Source: Camelus ferus (taxonomy: Eukaryota). Taken from it: 64,000 nt of DNA. The stretch covers positions 96,226,001 to 96,290,000 of the forward strand of contig NC_045696.1 of NCBI RefSeq assembly GCF_009834535.1, given 5' to 3'. The notes under the pieces were generated by a model. That model did no database searches. It saw only the letters and a program-made list of their open reading frames with translations, and was not told the DNA's origin. The position numbers and the translations under genes were made by a program. Below, piece after piece: positions 12,609 through 24,933 of this stretch (position 1 is its first letter; every line of letters begins with the position of its first letter).

Positions 12609-13630
12609 ATGACGAATGCCACCGCCACCAGCCAGCCCTCAGAGGGCTCCTGTCCCCAGAACACCCTCATAACCCAGCAAATCATCCCCGGGCTCTACTT
12701 CGTGGTCTTCGTGGCCGGGGTCCTGCTCAATGGTGTGTCGGGGTGGGTGTTCCTCTCCGTGCCCAGCTCCAAAAGTTTCATCGTCTATCTCAAGAACATC
12801 GTCGTGGCCTGACTTTCTGATGAGCCTGACGTTCCCCTTCAAGATTCTGGGCGACTCGGGCCTGGGCCCCTGGCAGCTGAACGTGTTCGTGTGCAGGGTT
12901 TCCGCCGTGCTCTTCTACATCAACATGTACGTCAGCATCATGTTCTTTGGGCTCATCGGCTTTCGACAGGTATTATAAAATCGTGAAGCCCCTCCTGACG
13001 TCCTTCATCCAGTCGGTGAACAACAGCAAACTCCTGTCGGTGCTGGTGTGGGTGCTCACGCTCCTGCTTGCCGTCCCCAACATGATCCTGACCAACCAGA
13101 GCGTCAAGGAGGTCACGCGGATAAAATGTGTGGACCTTAAAAACGAACTGGGCCTCAAGTGGCACAAAGCCTCAAACTACATCTTTATAGGCATCTTCTG
13201 GATTGTGTTCCTTTCGTTAATCATTTTCTACACTGCTATCACGAGGAAAATCTTTAAGTCCCACCTTAAGTCCAAAAAGAATTCTGTCTCGGTCAAGAAG
13301 AAATCCAGCCGCAATATATTCAGCATCATGCTCGTATTTTTTGTCTGTTTTGTCCCTTACCATGTTGCCAGAGTCCCCTACACGCGGAGCCAGACAGAAA
13401 CCCATTTTAGCTGCCAGTCCAAAGAAATCCTGCTCTATGTGAAAGAATTCTCCCTGCTACTGTCGGCTGCAAACATATGCCTGGACCCCATTATTTATTT
13501 CTTTCTATGCCAGCCATTTAGAGAAATCTTATGTAAGAAATTACACATCCCATTAAAAGTTCAGCATGACTCAGAAACTTCCAAAACCAGAAGGGGAAAT
13601 ATAACGCAAGAAAGCACAGACACTTTGTGA
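12609..13630 (+). CDS. P2RY14: P2Y purinoceptor 14 (UDP-glucose receptor), single coding exon, two apparent +1 frameshifts (near 12810 and 12964)
   Basis: Three consecutive ORF segments ([17 protein letters not shown] / [27 protein letters not shown] / [34 protein letters not shown]) join into a 339-aa 7TM receptor matching P2RY14. Acceptor ctcaccttccag|12588. Confidence 0.95.
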
Positions 13631-14777
13631 AATCCCACGGTTTTTCAAATAAAATCTGGGCATACATATTGTAAACTTCTATTACATAATTAAAAAGTGG
13701 ATAAGAAGCATATCCATGATAATAAGTATCATCTCTAGGCACTACTAACCAATTTAGTACAATAATAAAATTAAAATGTAAGTTTCCATGCTTTTTTTTG
13801 GTAACATCAAGGAAAAAATAATATGTTATTCAGTCTCATCCCATCAAAATAGAAGGTTTAAATTTGTAATCAATAATCTGGTCAGTTAATATAGAACTTT
13901 AAATAGCAAAGAAAATAGGAAGCAATCAAGACAATTCACAGGTGCATCTCCCTTCTCTAAACACAAGAATTAAGTTAGCAAGGTATGCAACTTTTTTCAA
14001 CAGGGTCATTAAAGACCACCTTAAAAGAAGGCACAGTTTGATAAACGATTAGAGGCCTGCTTGTAGTAAAAAAAAAAAAAAAAAAAAAAAAAGGTCAAGT
14101 TTTCTCTGATTTGAAGAAGCAGGATAAGTAGACACCCAAAAAATTACTTAAGAAATCCCCCACTAGTATCTCAAAGGAAAGTAGATAGAAATTCTGTATA
14201 CTGTGGTAAAAAATACAAATTTTTTCTCTGATAGCATTTTGGAGTTAAGATACATTTTAAATATGTTTTATATGAAGTTTAGTTAAACCACTTAGTAAGC
14301 CTGGGATTCTGGTGTTAGAATATGTTTAAGCAAACTCTATGGAGAGATTCTAGATATTGGCGCAGGTTGCCAGCAAACTGCCCTGTTCAGTGGTGTGCAA
14401 AAAATACAGGTTGACTAAGAAAAGACACACACAAATACCCCAGGCTGGCAACATACATTATTACTCTCTAGGAGTGGAGAAAAGTAGTTTTTTAGAAAGC
14501 AACTGGACTTAATAAAAAGAAAATCTAACATTTACAATAGTGAGTGAGAAATTACACATAAAATGAAAATTTACACATCACATTTTCTGAAAAGCAAAAA
14601 AATTTTATGTGTGCAGATATGGAATATGGTTGCTGGCTTGTGAGTCATCAAAACTAAATTCTTTCTCTGCTATTAACTGGCTAGAAGACATTCAGCCCAT
14701 CATTCAAATGGTCTCCTAAAGTAATTTTGTAAGTCACGTTCATATGTACTTCAAGCTTTATCACATATATATATACT

Positions 14778-14783
14778 AATAAA
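14778..14783 (+). terminator. P2RY14: Probable distal polyadenylation signal of P2RY14
   Basis: AATAAA followed by T-rich sequence. Other AATAAA hexamers at 13648, 13764 and 14511. Confidence 0.45.
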
Positions 14784-15508
14784 AAACATATTTTTAAAAT
14801 AATGTCAATTTTTTTCTTAATAGTCAACATATCAAATAACACTCAGATTTCCTCATAGTCAGGACATGCATAATTTCTTTAATACACTCAGTTGTACATA
14901 TTAACAGAAGACACAGGAACCAGAGGAACACACAGGAAGAAGTTACAGAGAATTTTTAAAATCCTATTTACCGCTGACTTTTCAGTGGTATTTAAATAAG
15001 TACTTCATATGTTCTAGAACCTCATCGGATTTTAGGCAAAACTCAGAAAACATATCTCAAACTGAAGAAGAACTGGGAAGGTGTCCACACTTTGTCTCCA
15101 CCTTCCACCCTAGTAAAACTCCCTGCTCCCAGCTCTGGATCAAATATCCTCTCCTAAAAAGGACAAAAGCACCAACCCACAATAGACGTGCCTAGCAACA
15201 CTAAACTTGCTACAGCACTTGTTTGGCTAAATGTATTTGCAAAAGAAAGTAGCCGTGTTTATTCAGTTTCTATTGGCCAGGACAAATTAGCAAATACTGT
15301 TGTTTTATATGCCCCCTGCCGGGTCACAGGAGAAAAAGAAAGTATAAAAGAAGATGAGAAGCACCAAGTAATGATTGTGTAATCATTGTGCCAAAGCCAA
15401 TCAGAAATGTGAAAGACAAGATTTTTCAGGAAAAAAAACATGCAATGACAATAAGGATATTGTGAAATAAGAGTTAAGTAACAGTTACTGCAAATTAGAG
15501 CTTTTAAG

Positions 15509-17325
15509 GTAAAAGATCCATACTTAGAAAACTGTAAGACACTGAAGATGTCACCAACAAATGGAAGACATATGGTACTTACAAACTGGAAGACTTAATA
15601 TTGTTAAAATGATCATACTACCCAATGCTATCTACAGACTCAATGCAATCCCTACTAAAATACCAATGGTATTTTTCACTGAATGAGAACAAATAATTCT
15701 CAAATTTGTAGGAAACACAAAAGGCCAAGACAACTTGAGAAAGAAGAACAAAGCTGGAGGTATCACATGCCCTGATTTCAAACTATACTACAAAGTTACA
15801 GTAATCAAAACAGGATGGTACTGGCAAAACAACAGACACATACACCAATGGAACAGAATGGATGTCCAGAGATAAACCCATACTTATATGAACAATTAAT
15901 CTATGACAAAGGGGGCAAGAATATACAATTGGGGAAAGACAGCCTCTTCAACAAATGTTGTTGATAAAAACTGAACAGCAATATGCAAATGAAAGAAACT
16001 GGACTACTTTCTTATACCATATACAAAAATAAACTCAAAATAGATTAAAGACTTAAATGTAAGACCTAAAAACCATAAAACTCCTAGAAGAAAACATAAG
16101 CCATATGCTCTTTGACATTGGTCTTAGCAATAAATTTTGTACATGTATCCTCAGAGAAGGGTAACAAAAGCAAAAATAAAAACAAGTGGGACTACCTCAA
16201 ACTAAAAAACTTTTATTCAGCAAAGGGAACTATCAACAAAGCAAAAAGGCCACCTACTGAATAGAAGAAGATATTCGCAAATAGTACATCTAATAAGGGG
16301 TTAATATCCAAAACATACAATGAACTCACATAGCTCAACATCAAAAAACCATGTGACTTGATTAAAAAAATGGACAGAAGACCTGAATAGACATTTTTCC
16401 AAAGACATACTGATAGCCAACAGGCACAAGAAAAGATGTTCAAATCACTAATTATCAGGAAAATGCAAGTCAAAACTACACTTAGATACCACTTCACACC
16501 TGTCAGAACACCTGTCATCAAAAAGACAAGAAGTAACATGTATTAAAGATGATGGAGAAAAGGGAACCCTCATGCACTGCTGGAGGGAATGTAGATTGGT
16601 ACAATCACCATGGAAAACAGTATGGAGGATCCTCAAAAAATTAAAATAGAACTACCATATGATCCAGCAATTCTACTTCTGGGTATTTTTTCCAAAGAAA
16701 ACAAAATCACTAATTCAAAAAATATATGCATCCCTATGTTCACTGCAGCATTATTTATAATAGCCAAGATATGGAAGCAACCTGAGTGTCCATCAGTAGA
16801 TGAATGGATAAAGAATATGCAAGATACACACACACATGTGTATATACACAATGGAATATTACTCAGCCATGAAAAGGAATGAAATCTTGTCATTTGTAAC
16901 AACGTGGATGGACTCAGAGAATATTATGCTAAGTGAAGTCAGAGAAAGACAAATACCGTATAGTTTCACTTTTATGTAAAATCTAAAAAACAAACAAACA
17001 ACAAATCAGAAACCTACTCACAGATACAGAGAATAAACTGGTGGTTGCCAGGAGGATGGGGGAGGGGAGAGGACAGTGGAGACAGTGAAATAGGTGAGAG
17101 AGATTAAGAGGTACAAACTTCCAGTTAGAAAGCCAATCAAATCATACAGATGTAATATACAGCGCATAGAGTATAATCAATACTACTGTAATAACTTTGG
17201 CAACAGTAACTAGACTTATCATGGTGATCATCTTGTATAAAAATATTGAATCACTATGTTGTACACATGAAACTAACATGATATTGTAAGTTAATCATAC
17301 TTCAATTAAAAAAAAAAAGAAAAAG
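15509..17325 (+). mobile_element. 5'-truncated LINE-1 (ORF2 C-terminal part, 3'UTR, poly-A), degenerate
   Basis: ORF2-like peptide [43 protein letters not shown] (16610-16882), disrupted reading frames, and an L1 3' end gaatcactatgttgtacac..ttcaattaaaaaaaa. Confidence 0.93.
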
Positions 17326-17349
17326 TCAGATCAAGGTTACAAACAAATA

Positions 17350-17570
17350 GGATGAGCAGATGAAGGTTCTTGGGTTTTAAGCGCTTTTGGCTCACTGAAG
17401 CTTAAGTGAGGATTTCCTTGCAATGAGTAGAATTTCCCTTCTGCCCTTTGTTACAAGGTAAAACCTCACAGTTTGCATAATGTAACCATTTGGGGTCTGC
17501 TTTAAACTTGGACTAGTGTGAGTCCTTCATGCAATAAACTGAAGAGAGCCATGCCAAAAAAAAAAAAAAA
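17350..17570 (+). pseudogene. Short processed retrocopy of an mRNA 3' end (parent not identified)
   Basis: AATAAA at 17533-17538, poly-A at 17556-17570, 17-bp TSD aaggttacaaacaaata (17333-17349) / aagattacaaacaaata (17569-17585). Confidence 0.8.
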
Positions 17571-20500
17571 GATTACAAACAAATAAACCTTTGGATTTAA
17601 CTTCTGAAGATCATTTAAGACTTCAGTGAGAGGAATTTCAGTAAGGTATTAGAGTTAGAAGCCAGATTATAAGGGGTTTATTCAAATAGTGAGAAGTTGG
17701 GTAAATAAGAGCAATGAATATAAGAAAAATTTTTAATGTTTTTGAAAATGAACTTTAAGGTTCAGAGCTACAACAAAAAATAAAGTAGTAGATCAACAGC
17801 AGAGTGGATTAATCCAGAACTTCTCTGAGATCACAAGTACGATTTTTTTTCTATCGTTTCATGGAATAATTTGTTTCCCTTTTGTAGTTAGTTTATAAAT
17901 AAGGCTTGTAATGTATACTTGCTACAGCTAAAGTAATACAACACTTCATCACTTTTTTACAAGCCCTGCTACGAAATGGTTAAAGCATTCTGAAAACTGG
18001 CGCGTGGGAAAGGAAGACGACACTTTGTTAACGCGGCTCTTTTGGGGATGTCCTGTCACAAAGTGGTTATCCGCATGCCACTGGAATCTTCTAGAGTATA
18101 GGTGACCAAAAGGAAGAAGCAGCTTTTACTGTTAAAGACCACACAGCACCAGTTCTCTCCCACCCCAAACACACAAACCCTCAAGGCGCCCTTTACCCAG
18201 AAGGAAATCCCGTGTCGTTTTGGGCAGATGGTCTCTTATGTTTGTTACTTGTATGATAGCATCTCTTGATGTCACAGATATTTTCTATTTTAATAAAAAT
18301 GTCTTTTCCCCCTCTTTCTCTCCACCATCAGAATACATAGGTAGCAGCACTAGGGTTCAGGACAGAATGGAAAACTAATGGCACATACTTCACTGACACC
18401 GTCAAGCAGAAACAAAGCTTCATTAAAGGATGTTTTTAGAGTCTAGAGATTAATCTTTTAGGCAAAGCCAATGGATCAAGACTTTCTTATTTGTAGGTGA
18501 CCAAAAAAACCCCAAAAAACTAAACTAAAATTGGGCTGATGCAATAAAAAGAGATGTACTGGCCGACAGACCTGTAGGGCCACAGCTGTGGGCATGGCTT
18601 CAGTCAAAGGGCTGATGCAGCGGGGCCTCAGCTGATGTGACCAGGGCCGGATTTGTACCATTTCGCCAGCCACCTTCCCGTAGTGTCAGTTTCAACTCGT
18701 AAAAGGAAGCTGCCGGCTCTCCTTTTGTGGTAGCAAGACGAAAGGGACAAAATAAAAAGCAATCTAACCTATATCAAACAGCGAGGCAGCACTAAAGGCA
18801 CAGGAAGCCAGTAACACCAAACTCGCCTCTCTTCCTGCCAAACCAGATTCTTTCCGCAGGGTCCCTTTCCAGGAATGAGACCACAGTCTGCTCCCCGGCC
18901 AGCCCCACACTGCAGCACAGAGATTTCACCTCTGCCGCGGTTCCCAACCGCCCTTCTCTTCCCCCAGCCCATTTCAGATCCTTACTGCCTCTCGCCTAAA
19001 ATGATTACGATCATCCCCTAACTGGCTTCTTGTCTTCCCCTTTCTCCCCCAAGCCAACACACTCTGACGCCTGCAGACTCACTCAGTACTGAGGAACTGG
19101 CAGGGCCTCTCCTCGCACAACTTCCCTGAGCTCTCCACTGCTTCTAACTGAAGCACCCAAGACTGGCCAGATGGATCTGAGATCTGGTCCCAGCCTTTCC
19201 TCACACAGGCCCTGCTCACACGCTCCACGCACCCAGACTGACGGAGTCCCCAAACACCCTCCCCACAGCCCAGTCACGTGCCTCTTCCCCCAAGGGCACC
19301 GCCACTCCCCTCACTTCTCAGAAGCAGCTCTCACCACCTCCGTCAGAAGACTGCACTTCCTGGACCCCCAAGGGCTCTGACAGGCCAGGGCCCACCTACA
19401 TTCTCCTTATCACCCCTTCTACGCTGTAACCTGCTAACGGCAACAAAAATGCCGTCTAGGATGGGAGCCCGGAACACAGCCTACAAAGTCAAGAAACATA
19501 TGTTGCTAGAATTTTCTTATCCACTTGACCAAAACACAAGCAAAGGCAAGGGAGAGTCTCTGCAAAAGCCTTCTCCTGGAAGGTAACAACAGAGTTCATA
19601 AAATGTGTCCTGCGCTTTGAAAACGTGTTACTCAGACTTCATAAGAAAAGACCATAACCACTCAAGGGGGGTGGGGGGAAATGAACTTCAGTGACTAAGA
19701 AGAAACAAGATAACCTTTAAAAGTTCTTTTTCAGAGACTTCCCCGCTATTGTTTTATAAGCAAGCATCAAACAGCACAGTCACACCTCCCAGCTGAAAGG
19801 TGAGATGGGCTGTATGCTGACCTGGTAACACTGCAGAGTCAACAAAAAGGCAAAAAACCAAAAGGACTGGCCAGGGGAGTGACAGGGCATAGACTCAGCC
19901 ACCCTTACAACCGACTTCACATTCCAAGAATGTGCAAAACACCTCTGCCTTCAAAATATTTCCAAAATTCTACTATTTCATTAAAAAGGGAAAACAGCAA
20001 CCTCTGGGAAGCTATCTACACCTCACTTTAAAACAACTCTGTCTAATCATGTCTGTCACTCTCAGATTTGAAGCTACCGATGGAAAAAATGTCTTTGGAC
20101 CAATCCAGGTGGGAAAGGGGATTACGTGCCTTAAAAAACTTTCAAACCACGAACCTAAAACAGCGGCTCCGGGGAGAAGGCTGACTTGGAGCCCACAAGC
20201 TGCTGGAGAAACACCGCTCACCAGCCTTCATTAACCAGAGCCCGGCCCCTGCCCAAAGATCATAAAAAACACCAGGACGCAAACTGTGAGCACCCCGAGT
20301 TGCGAACTCCATGAGAACAGTGGTCACGGTGGTATTCAAATTCAAACAGTTGCAGACCCTAAACTGTTTGCAAACCAGTGTGCTGCAGGGGGCAAGGGGA
20401 GAGCCTGGGCTGACCTGCTGGCCTCCTTTCTAACCAGTTTCCCTCCAACATTTTCATTTTAAGAAACATAATTGAGTGCTGGCACACTGGGGTCTAAATG

Positions 20501-20797
20501 TGCAGCTCGGGCGAGGCCTTAATTCCCCCAGGCCTTAGTTTCACCATCTGTAACGAGACAAGGCTCCTCCAGCTCATGGATTCTTTTAAGAAAATAAGTT
20601 CTCGGCCCCATATTTCTGGCTTGGCAGTGGCTTCCTACCCCAACACTCATCTTCTTCCCCCTCCCCATTAGTTCCAGAGGGCTACCATGTTATGCTTTAA
20701 AAGCAAATTTTAAGACTGTTACACATTAAAAGTGATATTTCTACTGAAATACTGTTGTTTGGTATTTGTGTTCAATAAACTCAAAAGCATGATTTGT

Positions 20798-21242
20798 GGC
20801 CATTTGGATAATGTTGATTCTTCCAATCCAAGAGCACAAGGTATCTTTCCACTTTGTATCATCTTCAATTTCCTTCATCAATGTTTTACAGTTTTCACAG
20901 TATAGGTAACCTCCATGGCTAAGTTTGTTTCTAGGTATTTTGTTGTTTTTGATGCAATGGAAATGTTTATGTCAGTTATAAAATTCTGGTTTTTGAAATG
21001 GCAAAAAAAGTGAATAACGGGCCACAAATGGCAAAATATCCTTCTATTTTATGGGTAGCTGTCTAGTTTTCCCAGCACACTTGAAGAGACTGCCTTTTCT
21101 CCATTGTGTATTCTTGCCTCCTTTGTTGTAGATTAATTGACTGGTTTGGCAACTGAAAGAATTCGGGCTGTAGGCTAAGTTCATCCATTGCCTGCTTTTT
21201 GTGAATAAAGTTTTATTGAAACACAGAAAAAAATTAAATAAA
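20798..21242 (+). mobile_element. Chimeric retro-insertion: antisense L1 fragments plus MER58-like end plus A-tail
   Basis: TSD aaaagcatgatttgt (20783-20797) / aaaaacatgatttgt (21243-21257). AATAAA at 21204, A-rich tail from 21227. Confidence 0.7.
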
Positions 21243-21892
21243 AAAAACATGATTTGTATGGATAAGGGATTGACTATAAAAAGACTTTCTCAGTTCATGA
21301 GACGATTTAGTTTCAATGTGTAAACATTTAAAATATCCACTGAAGTGAATAATATGTCATTTCTTAAATAAAAAGTATTGCCATGACCAAAGTAAGGGGG
21401 AAAACAACTTTCCCTCACTTCTTCCGACTGAGGTTTTTGAAATACTGGGTTAGTGATGATGCACAATTTCCTAGAATACTAAGAAAATGTACTCTGAAAA
21501 ACACTTATCCTTAATGAAACAGAAAGAAGTGACTTATGGAAATTCAAGTGGAACTCGTGTTAAAAACAAAAACAAAACCAGACGCAGCAGTCCAAAAAAA
21601 AGGCATGTTTCCGCTGTGAATAATAAACTTCCATAAAACACCAGGTTGCCTCTAGCTCATTCTCAAAAGGAAGAACATGGTTCAGTTTCACTTTTAAAAG
21701 ACTGGTTTCTTGCTATTCCAAAAAAGGAACTAGGACACTGAGGACTAGACTTATATTTGGCAATTTAACTGTGGCTATAGTAGATTTTTAAGAGAAGCTG
21801 AAGGTATTTCTTAATTCTCTGCATATCCCCAAGTGAACAGGAAGTACACATATAAATGTTTACCTAAACAAAGAAAAAAAAGAAACCTTACC

Positions 21893-21928
21893 ATTGCTTC
21901 TCGACATTTTGGCTAAGATCAAGTGTGT
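21893..21928 (+). pseudogene. 3'-truncated U2 snRNA retropseudogene (first ~35 nt)
   Basis: attgcttctcgacattttggctaagatcaagtgt compared with the U2 5' end ATCGCTTCTCGGCCTTTTGGCTAAGATCAAGTGT. Perfect 15-bp TSD aaaagaaaccttacc (21878-21892 / 21929-21943). Confidence 0.92.
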
Positions 21929-23609
21929 AAAAGAAACCTTACCAAAACCCTTTTATTCCAGTATTCCTTCATACCCGTGTTAAAATCAGTCACCACTCAG
22001 TTGATAGCCAATTGCATCTCACCAAATTCCTATCTCACCCTCTCCATCCCTCAGTGAACATAAAACCTGATCATGCATGCTCACTTACCTGTCTGTAAGC
22101 ATGTCTTTTCTGAAGTGTATTTTTCACTGAGTCCTATCCAATAACCATGCACACAAATCTTAAGAGACAGAGCATGTCCAAACACTATTTTGATGGAAGT
22201 TAACAATGGTTCTTAACCAAAATCAAATACGAAACTTGAGAAAGATTTGGATTTTTTCCTCCAATTTATAAGTGAATATATGTAAAAATCATGCTTTTAC
22301 AAAATAATAATAATTTGGAAGAACATCAGAGTATCTGAAACAAACTGCTACTATCATCTTTAAGTGTCCTTACACTGTTGTTTTCAAAAGTTCCCTAGAC
22401 CCTCCCTAAATCCCCTCCAGCTTGACAGTTCTCACTTAGTCTTTTGAGAGATTTTCCTTTTGAAGAGTAAATACCAAAAGGGATGCATTTTAGGTTCTGG
22501 AGAGGTTTCTTCTGACTTTTTTCTTTACTACCTGGATAACTAAGAATTATTAGGAGAAAAACAGATAAAACCAAAGCACTGACCAGGCCAATGAAGCAAC
22601 AGAGAAAACCAGACCCTAACTGACCAGGCAATGACTTTGCACTTACAAATCAACTTTGGACCAATGGACTTAGAACTCCGGAAAATATGCTTGGAACCTG
22701 AGCTCATTTTCTCTTATATAAAAGCTACCCTTATACAAGAAACATAACCTAACACAGCTGACTGGTGGGGTGCAAGAGACAGTGACTTTTTGTTAGACCC
22801 TTACCAGGCCAGGCTCCACTCAGACACTCAGTCAACAGTTACTCCCCCAGACAGAATGAACATTTACCCAAACAATGTAAAAGTACACTGGAGGGTCCCC
22901 TTACCTACAATCTATTAGTTACTAAATATCTGTCTCAATTCTTTATGCTGCTGGGGCCAAATTGACAAGTGCACATTCCAGGTTTATTCTCATAACTTAC
23001 AGAAAACAGATCCAATATATTTTGGAATAAAACATACAAACTATAAAACAGTATGCCTTAACATAATAATACTTTAAGTGGGTGTATATACTCATAGAAG
23101 AATTTTTAAACTCATGTACCAAAAACATTCACAGTAATTCTCTGCACAGTGATTTTCCTCTATTTCCAGATTTTTCTAAAATAAACAAAAAAGAATGAAG
23201 ATAAATAAAACATACACTTTACCAGACTCTGTTAAATCACATCTTTTTTGTTTGTTAATAGGTATCTCAGCAGGATCCAAAATGCAACAATATTTTAAAT
23301 TATAACTTTGAAAGGCTGATGAGTATCGGTATGTGTGCTAAAGAAATCCTGCGTAAACACCTGCTATCTTTAACTCATAACACCATTCAAGGCACTAAAA
23401 ACTGATGTTCTTTAAAATCATGACGAAAAACACACCTTGGGTGCTTTACAAAAAAAAAGAAGAAGAAGAAGAAGAAAGAAAAGAAAACAACTAGGTATTA
23501 CAATGGACGAATAAAAACCTTTCCTCTAAAAGAACAGACAAATCTGAATTAAAAAAGCATACACAGAATTGAACAGAACTTCTTGAAGAGCCTTTCACGC
23601 AGTTAAACT

Positions 23610-23796
23610 ATTTGCAAACCACAGTTTCATCTACGTCAATATGCAACATTTTAAAACCACACAAAAAGGAAAGGAAACGTTTAGTACAGCCAGCAGTCCT
23701 GCGATGGGGCTGCTCCTGCCCTAGCTAGCAGCACTACCCAGGCTTCTCTGAAGACTTGGAGCAAGGCCCGCTGAGGCTCAGAGAATATACTTCCAG
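23610..23796 (+). promoter_or_regulatory. GPR171: Probable GPR171 promoter and first non-coding exon
   Basis: Two RUNX motifs AACCACA (23617, 23655), tandem GGAA (23668-23676), a GC-richer exon-like stretch ending in donor CAG|gtatgt at 23797, about 4.4 kb upstream of the CDS. Confidence 0.5.
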
Positions 23797-24933
23797 GTAT
23801 GTCTTTTTAAATACTTCATACATTCAAATGTCTTTCCATGGAAGGGAAATCTATGATTTTCAGTGTTTAAAAACCATATAGGTTGAAAAATGCCAGCATG
23901 TAATAATAGGGTTGCTGTTTAAGAAGGCACCAATTATTAAACTCCAAATAGATGCTCACTGTGAATTACAGTATAATTTTCTTCTGATGACCCCAACCAT
24001 CCCTCGCAAAAAGACAGCTTAATTCACACAAGACTGAGTACTACTTCCTAATAGGTGAGCATAACTACTCAGTAGTTTGATTTTATAACTGGATGAATAC
24101 AGGCCATGTTGTAGGCCTTCACAACAGGGTAGAACAGGTCTTAAAACAACTTTCCTCTACAAACATTACGATAGGCAATTTCAAGAAAATATCGTTGTGA
24201 CGACTTCGGTAAAAAAAAAAAGAATCTAGTGAGTTTATTTACTTTCTAAGCAATGGGCCCTCTATCTAAACAAAAGAGACACTTGAAAGCTTTTCTTCAT
24301 TTTGCTGGAATACCTCTGGGTACCTCAGATTTCCACAGGCTAATAAATGGCTGAAAAAATATTTATCAAGCACTTAGTTTTCAAATTTGTGAGAGAGAAC
24401 ACAGAATGTCATTATAGTATAATTTAACCTCTAACTGACATAACCAAAATTTTTAAATGAAGAGATTTGTGTCTCGTGGCAATCTAGACAGATTCAAAAA
24501 AAAGCCACTGTGAGGCACTGCATGACTCTCAAGCATTATGGAATGTATAGTTACACTATAATTATTTTTTAAATAAATCACCCACAGGGTTGTATATATG
24601 GTCAGTTCTAGTTACAGAGAATGTTAATTGATCAAAATATTATTCTCTAATCCTTCTCCTTACCACATATTCAACTATGAAATGGAACTTTACTGTATAG
24701 TTGTATGAGCAATAGGGGCCCTTAAAGAAACACATTTTATGTTACTATTATAATAACGTAACATCTGAAATACAAGAGCACAGGCCAAAATCCTAGCACT
24801 TTGTAAAGGAACAATGAGCAAAGGATCCATCTACACCAGCACGAGCTTTTGACCCACAGAAGAAAAGGACGTTTCTAAACATTTTCTGTTTCTAAAGGTA
24901 CTAAATAAATGGCTACTATCAAAAGTCAAGTCA

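Noticed and set aside
12251..12820. 189-aa ORF overlapping the P2RY14 start
   Set aside because: Starts at a non-ATG codon in the intron and runs through an off-frame of P2RY14. No protein-family features.
16213..16902. Hydrophobic minus-strand ORFs
   Set aside because: Antisense translations of L1 ORF2.
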